Origin: a plasmid
Sequence record: NZ_CP066773.1
DNA length: 51,411 nucleotides
Strand: one strand, 5' to 3'
Part shown: positions 26,287-36,385 of the stretch, piece after piece
Numbering within the stretch: the stretch's first letter is position 1
Layout of the letters: every line of letters begins with the position of its first letter
Program-made: the position numbers and the translations under genes
The notes under the pieces: generated by a model
Told to the model about the DNA's origin: nothing
Databases searched by the model: none
Seen by the model: only the letters and a program-made list of their open reading frames with translations

Positions 26287-27302
26287 CAGGATGCTCCGTT
26301 ACCTTGTGCCATCTTCGAAATAGCGCCTTTGCCAAAGCCCTTGAGCGAAGCTCCGCCGCCGCCGGCGTACGTGCTGGCGATTGCCGGGACCTGCCACATC
26401 AAGAACGCGCCGATCGAGGCGACGAGGGCGAGGGCGATCAGGGCCAGATAGGCCGTGTTGTAGTAGATCTCGCTGCCGACGCCGTTGGTCGCGGCGACCT
26501 TCTGCAGCAAGGCATTGAAGCCAGGCACAACGCCCTTCATGACGAGGCCCATCATGATCCAGGCGATGACCTTGTAGAGGCCTGCGCCAATGACGGCTCT
26601 CAACCAGTTCTCGAAGAGAAATTCCGTTGGCGGGAAGACGAACCAGGGCACAAGAATGGGACCAAGGCAAAAGGCGATGTGAAGCAGGATCGAGCCCATT
26701 TGCACGACCACAACGAAGATCAGCACGCAGAGCACCATGGCGATCAGAGCGATGGCCTTTGCGAGAAGCGTGAGCAGCACAACTGGCAACGTTTTGAAGG
26801 CTGTCCAGAAACTGGTGTTGTCCAATGCGTTGTCGTTGACGTCATGACAATCCTGGTGGCTGGTGCCAGTAGGAATGCCGCCGTCCAGCGTGTAATCCGG
26901 GACATCGGTACAGACTGTGTGCGATTGGGTGCGCGTGCCGGACATGACCGTCTGGATGGCGCCGACCAGGGTGTTGGCGAGCGTATTCGAGTCGGCACTG
27001 CCACCGGCGACGCGATCGGCCATGGTTTGCATGTTGCTCACGAAGTAGCTGTGCACCGTGCCTGACCAGGTGGTGAGGATCAGGAGGAGTACCGCGACCT
27101 TGACGACGTGGCGCAACATCATCGAGAAGTAGTTCGGAAAATCACCATCGAGCAGCCACAGCAAGGTGTGCCAGGTCGCGACGATCAATCCAAGCGCCGC
27201 AAGCAAGTCGATGCCGTCAGAAACAAAGAGGTTTTCGAGAGATGAGCCCGCACTTTGTACGGCGGCGAACAGTTGGTTGATTGTGCTGAGGATGTCATCC
27301 AT
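26286..27302 (-). CDS. trbL: TrbL/VirB6-like polytopic T4SS membrane protein.
   Basis: 338 aa with five or more TM helices; position after trbJ. Confidence 0.75.
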   Translation of the reverse strand: MDDILSTINQLFAAVQSAGSSLENLFVSDGIDLLAALGLIVATWHTLLWLLDGDFPNYFSMMLRHVVKVAVLLLILTTWSGTVHSYFVSNMQTMADRVAGGSADSNTLANTLVGAIQTVMSGTRTQSHTVCTDVPDYTLDGGIPTGTSHQDCHDVNDNALDNTSFWTAFKTLPVVLLTLLAKAIALIAMVLCVLIFVVVVQMGSILLHIAFCLGPILVPWFVFPPTEFLFENWLRAVIGAGLYKVIAWIMMGLVMKGVVPGFNALLQKVAATNGVGSEIYYNTAYLALIALALVASIGAFLMWQVPAIASTYAGGGGASLKGFGKGAISKMAQGNGAS

Positions 27303-27306
27303 AGCG

Positions 27307-27639
27307 TTAATCCAGGACTCCGGTTGCGTAGAGGGTTCCCATCACCAGCGCGGCCGGCACGGCGACGATGGCGGCGGCCAGGATCTGAGGCGATTCCGCT
27401 TGCACAACGAGAATGGCGTAGACCATCGACAGGCGCGCTGAGCGGCGCACACGCGCGTCCTTGACGCGGTGGCGAGGCTGCAGCGCGCCACGTTGAAACA
27501 GATTGGAGAAACGCAACGGTGGCGTCCGCTCCTGGGCGGTCGCGTGCTGCGCTGCCAGGTACGCGCGCACGACGCGGATCACGCACCGCAATTCGGCACG
27601 TGATCGACAGAGTTGGAGGATGAGCCACCGTATCAGCAT
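27307..27639 (-). CDS. Small protein with a C-terminal TM helix, in the trbK (entry-exclusion) position between trbJ and trbL. Start MLIRWLILQ.
   Basis: 111 aa, GC3 about 80%. The ORF-track extension to 28068 overlaps trbJ in another frame and is spurious. Confidence 0.4.
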   Translation of the reverse strand: MLIRWLILQLCRSRAELRCVIRVVRAYLAAQHATAQERTPPLRFSNLFQRGALQPRHRVKDARVRRSARLSMVYAILVVQAESPQILAAAIVAVPAALVMGTLYATGVLD

Positions 27640-27674
27640 GGTGAAGTCGTGTTCTTTATGAGAGTCAGAAGGGG

Positions 27675-28586
27675 TTATTGATCGCGCGGCAGTTGGAATG
27701 CCGGGGCGTTCTGGATCATGGTTTGTTCCTTCGTATTGATGTCCGCAGCCTGTGCCGAGCGAGCTTTGAGCAGCTGTGCCACGTTGTCGCGGTTCTGCGA
27801 CTGGTCCGCCTTGTCTTGCATCTGCATGGCGACTTGTCGCTGCATGAGGGCATGCAGATCGATCATTTCGCCGGCCAGGACGTTGGTTTGCTGATTCAGC
27901 ATCTGCAGCCCCTGAACGTTGCCGGTGACGCCTGGGATCTTGGATTGGATGCTTTGCAGGTTCTGAGCACGTTTGGCCAGCGAGCTGATGGCATTCAAGT
28001 CCTGGTTGAGTTGTGCCCGGTACACGCCGCCTTGCGATTTCGCGAGTGACGACAGCGCCGACAGCCACTGCGACGGCTTCAAGTTGGCCGAGCTCATGTC
28101 CGACATGGCATTGCTGAACAACTGGCTGGTGGACTGGGCCGCTTGTTGCAGGTCCGTCACGGCCGAGTAGAGGGACCGGAAGTTGTCGAGCTGCTGGGTG
28201 TAGGGCGCGATGGTCTCGTTGATGAGCTCGCCCGGCACCTGGGCGAGGTTTTGCAGCCGGGTGATTTGCGCCTGGATGTTCTGCTCGACCATCTGGGCTT
28301 GCTGGGCAACCGAGGACACCAGTTCGGCGTTGTTGAGCAACTGCGTAATCTCGGTCGCGCCGCCGAAGCCAGCCACGCTGCCGGCGAATGCTGAAGCTGA
28401 CGTGCAGAGCGCGAGCGCTGCGGCCGCGCGCTTCGCCGTGCGGGCAATACGCGAGGCCTTGACTGCATTCACCTCAGCGGAGGTCAAGCTGAGTTCTTCG
28501 TACTGCTTCCGGGTTTCGGGTTCGAGTGCCTTGGGGGCAGCAAATACGCGCACCTCGATGTCATTGCGAATGAAGGTCTTATGCAT
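27675..28586 (-). CDS. trbJ: TrbJ/VirB5-like T4SS protein (signal peptide plus long coiled coil).
   Basis: Signal peptide AAALALCTSASAFA; heptad-rich Q/L/N sequence; overlaps the trbE stop by 8 nt. Confidence 0.6.
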   Translation of the reverse strand: MHKTFIRNDIEVRVFAAPKALEPETRKQYEELSLTSAEVNAVKASRIARTAKRAAAALALCTSASAFAGSVAGFGGATEITQLLNNAELVSSVAQQAQMVEQNIQAQITRLQNLAQVPGELINETIAPYTQQLDNFRSLYSAVTDLQQAAQSTSQLFSNAMSDMSSANLKPSQWLSALSSLAKSQGGVYRAQLNQDLNAISSLAKRAQNLQSIQSKIPGVTGNVQGLQMLNQQTNVLAGEMIDLHALMQRQVAMQMQDKADQSQNRDNVAQLLKARSAQAADINTKEQTMIQNAPAFQLPRDQ

Positions 28587-31257
28587 GGCGGTCCTCGTCG
28601 TCTAGGTTGAGTTTGTCGGCTTCGATCTGTGCAGTGGCCTCCTCGATGTAGCGCTCCTTCCAGTCCGGCTCCCCGGAACGCATATGCCGATCGAAGAGGA
28701 TCTGCGCCTGCAGTTCGGAGCGCAGGATGGCCTCCGTGCGCGGAGGCAGGGGAACTGAGACGCTGCGGGAGATCCCGCCGTCCTCGGTAATGAAGTAGTC
28801 GCGCTTGGCTTTGAGCTTCTTGATCGCGTCCTGCTGGGTCTGCGTGAGACCAAACTTTTCCTCGTAAGCCTTCTTGGTATCCGGCTTGAAATCCTTGACG
28901 GGCACGAAGACGCGGATCAGAACGTTGTCGCGGATGGCGGGCCAAATCGGTGAGTTGGCGACTTGTTCGGGGGTCTGTGCGTCCATCCAAACGCAACCGA
29001 GCAGCTTGCGCATGGTCACGATCCATTCACCGATCTGCTTGGCGAACTGGTTGTCATCGAGCAGCGACCAGATTTCCGGGAGCATGACGACGGTTGGCGC
29101 GATGACCCCGCGCAACCGGCGTTGCTCGATTTCGTCCTGAATACGGTAGGTCGCGTAGGAGAGGAACGGGCGCGCAACGGCGTGATCCTTGAGGACCTTG
29201 TCCGTTGCAATCGAGGTCCACTGCGTGTCGTCGAAACCGTCTTGTTCGTTATCGAAGTAGAGCGCGTCGACCGCCTCGCCCACCCACTGGTCAAGCTCGT
29301 TTTTCAGCGGGCCATTGGGCAGGGAGGCGTGCACGAACCGCAGACGCCAGAATTGAGGGTCGCGCGTAGCAGCTGCGCGTATCGCCTTCTCGATGGCTTT
29401 TCGATCGTCCGTGGTGGGCCGATAGCCTCGCTGGCTGGCCAGCAGCACGGTCCAGTCGACCAGGAACTTGAGATGGCGGAGATGACCCAGCAGAACATAG
29501 GGATTGCAGGTTGCCCGCTCCTCTTCGGCCACGGTGTTGGCATCGGCCGCAAATTGCAGATAGCGCCCACCCTGCAGGACAGTCGGAATGCGCATCGACA
29601 AATTCATGTCGAAGCCGATCAGCCGCGCGTTCGGATATTTCCGGAACAGTGTCGCGCACAGCAACATGAAGATGGTCTTGCCGAAGCCCGAGCGGCCACA
29701 GATGAGCATGTGGCCAAGGTCCATCAGGTAGGCGGTAAACCAGAAAGGCGTACCGTATTCGGTGGTAAACGCCGCCAGCGCCGGAATCCGTGTGCGCATC
29801 TGCTTGGACAGATGCGCATTGAACATTGAGCCGCGCGAGACGCCGCGCAGCGGCAGCAAGCGGGAAACGGCTTCGGTGTCGAGAAATGCCCAGCGCGCGC
29901 ACTCGCGCCACATACCCGGAATGGTGGTCGCAAACGCCGACATGGCGTGCAGAGTCTCGCGCACCGGTATGAACTGGGCTGCGCGCAGAACGTCTTCCAC
30001 GGCGTTGTGTGTCGCCACGGCTTTCTTGTAGGCCTGCTCGCCGGCAAGACCCTTCGAGGCCGGCGTTTCCTCGAACACGGGCGAGTATGCAATGACGGTG
30101 AAGTTGTAGAAGCCGTAGATCTCCTCAAGCATTTCGACCTTGCCGGCGCGTGTGTTCGCCTCTTCGGCGGCCTTCAGGCGCGTTTTGTTCTGGCGCCCTG
30201 GCTTGGCGTCCATATCAGTCCCGCGCAGGGTCGCCGCGAGCAGCTGGCGCACATCGAAGCGCTGGCCTTCGTGGTACTTGCGGATACTGTCGATGAAACG
30301 CTTTGCTGCGCTGGGTGACGACACACGGAAGCAGTGGCTGATGGTGAGCTCACCCTTGATCTTCAGGAGGTCGTCCAGGGTCTTGGGCGACGCATTGCTT
30401 GGCCAGTAGTCCCGCTTCCCCGGAATCCCCGTTGCAATGCCGTATCGCTGGCGCCCGTTCGAGTAGAAGTGCAGGTAGTCGTGGCCCGGCGTAATTTCCG
30501 TGTCGCACATCGCCTGGTCGAGTGCCGGCGTTTCCGGGATGTCCAGTTCAGTGATGTGATCGCTTGGCGGGGAGCAAACCGCGTGCATAAATCCGCCGAG
30601 GCGCTTGCCGGCCAGACGCCGCATTTTGATGTGCGGGTTGTCGGCAGCGAAGCCGTGCAGGATAGATTCAAAGGTTTCAACAGCTGCCTCCAGTTCGGAC
30701 TGCGTGTAGGCGAACTGGTACTGGTCGGAAAACGTGGCGCGCACGGCCTCCCAGAGCGCGCTCGGGATCGACAGGTCGTCATGCGTAACGCCATGCATGA
30801 CGCGCGAGGCGAATGCGTCGAGCCCGACCTGGGGAAGAAGCGAGAACGTGACGAAATGCCGGTTGACGTAGTTGCCTTCGGCCAAGAAATTCGCGTGCCG
30901 ATCGTCGTCGACCATCTGCGCAACCTTGTCCGGCATGGGCAGGGTGACATAGCGCGAATCCAAGCGCCGATGGACCGTCCACCAGAGCGAGATGGGATAG
31001 CGCGACAGGTTGCCCAGGCTGGCGGCGACGTGCTCGTAAAGTTCACGCATCACCGTCATGGAAATGCTGTTGGAATCAGGTGCCGTGAATTCAAAGGACA
31101 CCATCAAGGCTGAATCCTTGTTGGCGATCATGAAATCGCTGTACTTGAATAGCCACGGCACGAGCTCAGCGGTCGATCGCCTCCGGCCTGCTAGGCGTTC
31201 CTCGATCTGTGTGAGCGATTCTCGGTCGAACGGCGAGAGCGTAGGGTTGTTCAGCAC
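28579..31257 (-). CDS. trbE: TrbE/VirB4 conjugative ATPase.
   Basis: 892 aa; Walker A GRSGFGKT; Walker B region; VirB4 size and position. Confidence 0.9.
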   Translation of the reverse strand: MLNNPTLSPFDRESLTQIEERLAGRRRSTAELVPWLFKYSDFMIANKDSALMVSFEFTAPDSNSISMTVMRELYEHVAASLGNLSRYPISLWWTVHRRLDSRYVTLPMPDKVAQMVDDDRHANFLAEGNYVNRHFVTFSLLPQVGLDAFASRVMHGVTHDDLSIPSALWEAVRATFSDQYQFAYTQSELEAAVETFESILHGFAADNPHIKMRRLAGKRLGGFMHAVCSPPSDHITELDIPETPALDQAMCDTEITPGHDYLHFYSNGRQRYGIATGIPGKRDYWPSNASPKTLDDLLKIKGELTISHCFRVSSPSAAKRFIDSIRKYHEGQRFDVRQLLAATLRGTDMDAKPGRQNKTRLKAAEEANTRAGKVEMLEEIYGFYNFTVIAYSPVFEETPASKGLAGEQAYKKAVATHNAVEDVLRAAQFIPVRETLHAMSAFATTIPGMWRECARWAFLDTEAVSRLLPLRGVSRGSMFNAHLSKQMRTRIPALAAFTTEYGTPFWFTAYLMDLGHMLICGRSGFGKTIFMLLCATLFRKYPNARLIGFDMNLSMRIPTVLQGGRYLQFAADANTVAEEERATCNPYVLLGHLRHLKFLVDWTVLLASQRGYRPTTDDRKAIEKAIRAAATRDPQFWRLRFVHASLPNGPLKNELDQWVGEAVDALYFDNEQDGFDDTQWTSIATDKVLKDHAVARPFLSYATYRIQDEIEQRRLRGVIAPTVVMLPEIWSLLDDNQFAKQIGEWIVTMRKLLGCVWMDAQTPEQVANSPIWPAIRDNVLIRVFVPVKDFKPDTKKAYEEKFGLTQTQQDAIKKLKAKRDYFITEDGGISRSVSVPLPPRTEAILRSELQAQILFDRHMRSGEPDWKERYIEEATAQIEADKLNLDDEDRHA

Positions 31258-31607
31258 AGTTCACCTCGCGCGAAGCCCTTGGGGCGAGCATTACGTGTCT
31301 GGCGAAGCATCGGCCGCGGCTCGTAGAAGTCGCCCTGTTTGCTGTAGCGCAAATAGCAGTTGAATTGGTCAGGATCGCGTTTCGTCGCGAGCCACAGGAT
31401 CAGATGCGTCGGCGGGAGCGCCAGCAGGACCCACGGATTGCGCAGGCCTACGGCGGTGAATATGAGGATGGCGAGCTCGCCGGCGCAGAGCTTCCTGTCA
31501 ATGCCCCCCATCAGGAACTTTTCGAGCATGGTCTTGCGGATGGGCACGGACAGGGAGTCGGCGGGCGTATCCGCCGCCGGCGTGCCGGCTTCGATCGCGG
31601 TCGTCAT
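31251..31607 (-). CDS. trbD: TrbD/VirB3-like small membrane protein.
   Basis: 118 aa with a TM hairpin; overlaps the trbE start by 7 nt. Confidence 0.6.
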   Translation of the reverse strand: MTTAIEAGTPAADTPADSLSVPIRKTMLEKFLMGGIDRKLCAGELAILIFTAVGLRNPWVLLALPPTHLILWLATKRDPDQFNCYLRYSKQGDFYEPRPMLRQTRNARPKGFARGELC

Positions 31608-31612
31608 GATCG

Positions 31613-32029
31613 TCAGGCGGTGCAGGCCACGCCCTTGTTAAAGAGCTGCGACCACAGCACCGGCATGTTGATCAGCGCCATGGTGCCGACGAACCCGCGC
31701 AGGATGTTCTGCTTGATCTTGCTGTGGCCGTCATCGAGCAGCCACAAGATGAACGCCCCGGCAAATGCAGCGAGGGACACGATCATGATCAGTTCGTTGT
31801 CAAGCACCTGCTGGTAGATGTTGCACAGGCCCCCGTTCCAGATGCCAGCACGCGCGAGGCCGGGGATGGCTTCGATCCAGAGCGCCAACAGCACGCTGCG
31901 GATCAAGCTGCGGTGACGATCCACCTGCGCGTGAATCGCTTGCTTCGTGTCCGCAAGGCGCGAGTGCGTGGTGAGATAGCCCTGCGTAACGAGGTTGGTG
32001 ATGCGGTGCAGTTGGGACAGAACGTTCAT
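31613..32029 (-). CDS. trbC: TrbC/VirB2 pilin-like protein.
   Basis: 138 aa with two hydrophobic segments typical of T4SS pilins; position between trbB and trbD. Confidence 0.6.
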   Translation of the reverse strand: MNVLSQLHRITNLVTQGYLTTHSRLADTKQAIHAQVDRHRSLIRSVLLALWIEAIPGLARAGIWNGGLCNIYQQVLDNELIMIVSLAAFAGAFILWLLDDGHSKIKQNILRGFVGTMALINMPVLWSQLFNKGVACTA

Positions 32030-32046
32030 TACAGACTCCTGGTTGA

Positions 32047-33078
32047 TTAGGCGAAACGGGAAAACAAAAGGCGTGTCTTGTAGCGGCCGTCCTCAACGCC
32101 CAGCACTTCGCGGAGCTCAACAGGCCCGCGCGTGCCATCACCTTGTCGATCGGCATGCAAGAAGAAGCGGAAGGTCGAGGCGATCTTTTTGCGGAGATCC
32201 TCGGTGGCGATCAGGCGGCCTTCCTCGCTCATGCGGATGTACGACTCCAACTTGTAGGGTGCTTCATCCGCGCTCGTGGCGTGCAGTGTGCAAATCGAGC
32301 CGTCATGCCCGGTGTTCAGTGCTTCCACCAGGTCGAAGGCCTCGGCGCCCCGGACCTCGCCCACAAAGATGCGGTCGGGCCGAATGCGCAGTGCGAACTT
32401 AATGAGATTGCGAATCGTGATGTTCTGGTTCGCTTCGAACGACACGAAGTTGGGCAAAGCGATCTTCAGTTCGGCGGTGTCCTCGATGGTGACAATGCGA
32501 TCGGATTCCGGAATCGCTTCGAGCAACGCATTGAGCAGGGTGGTCTTGCCGGATGAGGTGCCGCCGGAGAACACAATGTTGTAGCGCTGGCGCATGATCC
32601 ATTGCAGGCAGCGCATCAACGCCTCGCCGCCTTCAGCGGCGTGGTCGAGAACAGTCCGATCCTGCCGGCCGATGAAGCGGTTCTGCGAGGCGGGCAACAC
32701 GGCGAAAGCACCGTTGCGCACGTAATCATCCAAGGCGATGCGCCGCACGGAGTGCTTGCGGATCGACATCATGTCGCCGTGGATTGACACGGGGAATCGG
32801 GCGGCTGCGATGCGCAGGCCTGGCAGGCGCGCATCGAGCAGCGGCGCCTGATCCTTGTCGTTGATATTGGTCAGAACCGTGATGGCGGTATCGAGCGCGG
32901 CAGGCGCGATCGCCAGCCCTTCGATGCGCTCCATCACACCGCGCCGCTCGCGGTACACGACATCGTGGCGGTTGATCATGATTTCGTTGGTTTCCGGGTC
33001 TGCCATCATTTCCTGCAGATCACGCAGGTAGTCATGGAGGACCTCGAACGCGAAACCACGTGTCTGCTGGTCATTCAT
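32047..33078 (-). CDS. trbB: TrbB/VirB11 secretion ATPase (start MNDQQTRGFAFEV).
   Basis: Walker A FSGGTSSGKTTLLNAL; Asp and His boxes; about 343 aa. Confidence 0.85.
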   Translation of the reverse strand: MNDQQTRGFAFEVLHDYLRDLQEMMADPETNEIMINRHDVVYRERRGVMERIEGLAIAPAALDTAITVLTNINDKDQAPLLDARLPGLRIAAARFPVSIHGDMMSIRKHSVRRIALDDYVRNGAFAVLPASQNRFIGRQDRTVLDHAAEGGEALMRCLQWIMRQRYNIVFSGGTSSGKTTLLNALLEAIPESDRIVTIEDTAELKIALPNFVSFEANQNITIRNLIKFALRIRPDRIFVGEVRGAEAFDLVEALNTGHDGSICTLHATSADEAPYKLESYIRMSEEGRLIATEDLRKKIASTFRFFLHADRQGDGTRGPVELREVLGVEDGRYKTRLLFSRFA

Positions 33079-33622
33079 TGGGTGGCTCCCAGGAGACGAT
33101 GGTGATGTCCGATGACGTGTTCGTCTGCAGGCGGCGCGCAGCAGCACGCGGCGCCTCCACAGGCCGTACTGAGGCTACTGGGTTGGCAATTGCGCGGCTC
33201 GGCGTAGAGCTGGCCGTCGCCAACGCCTGATAGACCTTTCGCGCGTAGGCGAGACGCTTTGCCGGGCTCTTGGCGTTGTAGGCCCCGACGGCATCCCACG
33301 TGAGGCCGAGCTGCTGGATATTGCGAGACAGAATCCAACTTCCTACGTAGGCGTTGACACAAGCATCAAACAGATGCGCCCGGGTGATGCCATAGCGCGC
33401 CAGGCTGGGTAGCCAGCTTGAGTTGATCTGCATGAGACCGATGTCGGTACTGCCATCGCTGTTGGCGCCAACGGCGTCCGCGTGCATCCGCGACTCCACC
33501 TGGGCGATGGCGCGCACCAAGCGCGCATCGACCTGGTGGAACCTGGCGGCTTCGTCAATACAGTCGGCAAAGGCCAGCGCCGGCAATAGCGCCATGACGA
33601 GCAGGAATGCAGAGCCCTTCAT
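33071..33622 (-). CDS. Lytic transglycosylase (SLT domain), VirB1-like.
   Basis: Signal peptide plus the SLT catalytic motifs (E in AQVESR; GLMQINSSW; AYN). 183 aa. Confidence 0.8.
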   Translation of the reverse strand: MKGSAFLLVMALLPALAFADCIDEAARFHQVDARLVRAIAQVESRMHADAVGANSDGSTDIGLMQINSSWLPSLARYGITRAHLFDACVNAYVGSWILSRNIQQLGLTWDAVGAYNAKSPAKRLAYARKVYQALATASSTPSRAIANPVASVRPVEAPRAAARRLQTNTSSDITIVSWEPPNE

Positions 33623-33972
33623 GACGCATCCCGATCGAAAAGGTCACGGGTCCGCTCACAGCGATGCGCGGGAATGGCTTCGCCGACGCGGACAAATGCC
33701 GTGCAGCAGGGCTGCCCGTCCTGGGCGTACTGCCATTCCTTGGGGTACTGCGCGTCCTCGATGGTGTATGCAAAGGTGGCCCCGACGATGAGGCAGGCGC
33801 TCGCATCAAATTCGAGAGGTTCCATCCCGGCGTGCGTAGCTCGCACGCAGTTGCGGCACCAGGCGTCGATGAAAAGCTCTCCTTCGACGCCGTTGTGCGG
33901 CCGGTATTTCTCTCCGGCGCGGGCCGCACAGAACTGGGCGAGACTGTCAGGAAAGATGGCGCGCGAGTTCAT
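33619..33972 (-). CDS. Hypothetical Cys-rich protein (start MNSRAIFPD).
   Basis: 117 aa between ssb and the SLT gene. Confidence 0.4.
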   Translation of the reverse strand: MNSRAIFPDSLAQFCAARAGEKYRPHNGVEGELFIDAWCRNCVRATHAGMEPLEFDASACLIVGATFAYTIEDAQYPKEWQYAQDGQPCCTAFVRVGEAIPAHRCERTRDLFDRDAS

Positions 33973-33992
33973 CGACGGGCTCCGTGGATGAA

Positions 33993-34385
33993 TCACAGCG
34001 GAATCTCGTCTTCGCTCTCGAAATCGTTAGCGCCTGCCGTGCCACGATCGCCGGGCGCCTTGCCAAGCATCTGCAGTTGGTCTGCGACGATTTCGGTGCT
34101 GTATTGCTTCTGGCCGTCCTTCTCCCACTGGCGAGTCTTGAGGCGGCCTTCGATGTAGACCTGCGAGCCCTTCTTCAGGTATTCGCCGGCGATCTCGGCC
34201 AGTCGACCGAAGAAGGCGATGCGGTGCCACTCGGTGGTTTCCTTCATCTCGCCGCTGGCCTTGTCCTTGTAGCGGTCGGTGGTCGCCACGCGGATGTTGG
34301 TGACGGCATCACCGCTGGGCATGTAGCGCGTTTCGGGATCGGCGCCGAGATTGCCGACGATGATGACTTTGTTGACGGATGCCAT
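33993..34385 (-). CDS. ssb: Single-stranded DNA-binding protein (short plasmid-type SSB).
   Basis: OB-fold SSB motifs ([21 protein letters not shown]...W; acidic tail ending DEIPL). 130 aa. Confidence 0.85.
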   Translation of the reverse strand: MASVNKVIIVGNLGADPETRYMPSGDAVTNIRVATTDRYKDKASGEMKETTEWHRIAFFGRLAEIAGEYLKKGSQVYIEGRLKTRQWEKDGQKQYSTEIVADQLQMLGKAPGDRGTAGANDFESEDEIPL

Positions 34386-34421
34386 GCTGTAGGTCCTCCT
34401 GGTGCTAGTGCGGGTTGGGAA

Positions 34422-34634
34422 TCAATCGCCTTTGGGCTGGTGCGCGCGTACATACGCCAGGCACGGTTCGTTGCGAACAGGCTGGTCGAAGAACACGCGC
34501 GTCGCCAAGGTGCTCAGCGTATGAAATGCCGCGGCATTGACGATCTGCAGGCGCTGCAGCGTTGCTTCGATTTCGTCGAAGCCCTCAGCTGCGGCATCTG
34601 TGAGCGCCTGCCGTTCAAGAACAGTCAGGTGCAT
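34422..34634 (-). CDS. Hypothetical small protein (start MHLTVLERQAL with a GGAGAAG RBS).
   Basis: Only this C-terminal part of ORF 34422-34961 shows GC3 bias. Confidence 0.35.
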   Translation of the reverse strand: MHLTVLERQALTDAAAEGFDEIEATLQRLQIVNAAAFHTLSTLATRVFFDQPVRNEPCLAYVRAHQPKGD

Positions 34635-34899
34635 GCCAACTTCTCCCGGAAAATCACGGACAGTCAGAAACGGCAAATCCGCTGGGTAAGCTGGCTCGCA
34701 GGCAGAGAGGGCAGACAGAAAATCGCCCGAGACACGACACCGCGCGAGGCTGGAATGGCAACGCCACTGCTCGTGAGCGCGCGCACGTTGGCGTGAGGCT
34801 GTGACAGCCGCAGCGCGCAACGTTGCACGCGCATACGGAGATGATGGAAGGCGGCGCGAATATTCGCGCCCGCTTTGGCTGAAAAGGCGAGTGCCATGG

Positions 34900-34975
34900 T
34901 TCATTCCTCTGTTGGGAAACTGGGGCTTTTGCGGTAACGCGCGCTTCGGTGGTGCAAACACCTTGGCGAGCGATT
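34900..34975 (-). promoter_or_regulatory. Conserved promoter-like element, copy A: TTCCTCTGTTGGGAAACTGGGG...CTTGGTGGTGCAAACACCTTGGCG.
   Basis: Two conserved blocks (22 bp and 24 bp) shared with copy B at 47609-47685. Both lie on the minus strand immediately 5' of an operon start. Confidence 0.5.
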
Positions 34976-35054
34976 CGTTCAGATGACTATGGGCCGTTTT
35001 TCATGGGCGTGATCTGTTGAGCAGAAGGGTTCTTTTCAGGAAGACGTTTGCGCT

Positions 35055-36080
35055 TTAACCCACGACATTGCCGGTCGTGAACGTAAAGTTACGCGAGAAC
35101 GCCGTGCCGTTGACGGTGCCGGTCAGAGTGACCGAATACTGCGTATTCGGCAGCAGCGGCGACGTCGGGTAGGCGACGGCCTGATATGCACCAAGAGCTT
35201 TGTTCGGGTCAGTTGTCGAATTCAGGATCTGAAGTGCAACGCTGCCTGACGGGCCAGTCATGGATGCGTTCTGCAGGATGATCGTGTCGGACGTGTTGCC
35301 CATCACGACAACCGGCGTGCCCCAGCCCGAGTTCGAGACGTTCGGCGGAGTGGGGCTCTCGCTTGTCGATTTATACGGCACACCGGTAACCCCTTGGCAG
35401 GGGAACGTAAGCGGCGTGTTGCTAAAAATCGAAGACTGGCTGACCAGCACGCTGATGCTTTCCCACGCATTCGTCCAAGCCAGACCACTGCTGGTAGATT
35501 GCGTTTCGTATTCCCCAATCCCCATCGTATTGGAAGGGTAAGCAACGATTGCAGCGTGGTACACCCCCGCCAGCAGGGAATTGACAAACATCTGCCCTGC
35601 TTGAGCAGCCGTAAAGCCGTTAGTTGTGATCGAAGCACCTCCGCTCACACCTGTGCTAAACGTGGAAGTCGGCAATCCTGCGGCCACCGCTCGATCTTGA
35701 TAAGACGCACCGGTAAATCCAGTGCTTCCCGATGTTTCGCTATCCGATATGGCGCTGTTGAGGCCCATGTACTTTGCATGGCTCTGTGCTGCCTGATCCA
35801 GTACGGTGTTCTCCTGCAGCGCGGGAATGCCGCACTGGGCACGGTATTGATTGAGCAGATTGAAGGCCGTGATTTGCGCGCTGCCGCTCGTGTATTGAGG
35901 CGTTGATAGCGTGCCAGTTACGGTTTGCGACGTCGATCCTCCTGACGAACTTGAAGATCCGCTTGTCGACGAGGAAGTGCTACTGTCTCCACCGCCACCA
36001 CCGCACGCTGCGAGTGCGGCAACGAGGGAGAGCGAGGCAAGCGACTTGGTGATGCAGATTGTTTGGCTGGTGTTTCGCAT
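35055..36080 (-). CDS. Lipoprotein with a Ser/Gly-rich linker and a possible CAP/SCP (PR-1-like) domain. Lipobox LAAC, start MRNTSQ.
   Basis: Lipobox VAALAACGG; the segment ITAFNLLNQYRAQCGIPALQ...AQSHAKYM...HAAIVAYP loosely resembles CAP-domain motifs. Confidence 0.45.
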   Translation of the reverse strand: MRNTSQTICITKSLASLSLVAALAACGGGGGDSSTSSSTSGSSSSSGGSTSQTVTGTLSTPQYTSGSAQITAFNLLNQYRAQCGIPALQENTVLDQAAQSHAKYMGLNSAISDSETSGSTGFTGASYQDRAVAAGLPTSTFSTGVSGGASITTNGFTAAQAGQMFVNSLLAGVYHAAIVAYPSNTMGIGEYETQSTSSGLAWTNAWESISVLVSQSSIFSNTPLTFPCQGVTGVPYKSTSESPTPPNVSNSGWGTPVVVMGNTSDTIILQNASMTGPSGSVALQILNSTTDPNKALGAYQAVAYPTSPLLPNTQYSVTLTGTVNGTAFSRNFTFTTGNVVG

Positions 36081-36200
36081 TCTTCTTCTCCAGTTGAGCT
36101 TTGGCGAGAGGCGACCTCTCTGGGTGTTCATGATATCATCGTAGCATGCTATCTTGCTATCAGCGAAATATATTCGCTCTCAAATTTGATCAGGACAATC

Positions 36201-36362
36201 ATGACTGAAGACAAAAAAGGGGTATTGGTTCGCCTACCGCAGAAACTCCACCAGGACTTGCTGCGCGAAGCTTCACAGGAATCTGTGAAGCGTGGCGAGA
36301 CTGTTTCGGTCCCACGCCTCATCTTGGAAATTCTTCAGGCACGGGCCAAGGCGAAGAAATGA
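36201..36362 (+). CDS. Arc/MetJ-type ribbon-helix-helix regulator (53 aa), transcribed divergently from a gene inside the pilus cluster.
   Basis: KKGVLVRLPQKLHQDLLREASQESVKRGETVSVPRLILEIL. AT-rich upstream region with the near-palindrome GCGAAATATATTCGC. Confidence 0.45.
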   Translation: MTEDKKGVLVRLPQKLHQDLLREASQESVKRGETVSVPRLILEILQARAKAKK

Positions 36363-36385
36363 GGTAACTGGCGGGTCTGGTTAAC

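Noticed and set aside
34664-34961. Alternative ORFs (MNHGTRLF... and MALAFSAKAG...) immediately downstream of conserved promoter element copy A.
   Set aside because: Neither frame shows sustained coding bias before the MHLTVLERQAL start at 34634. The conserved RBS-like part of the element may simply be inherited from the copy B context.
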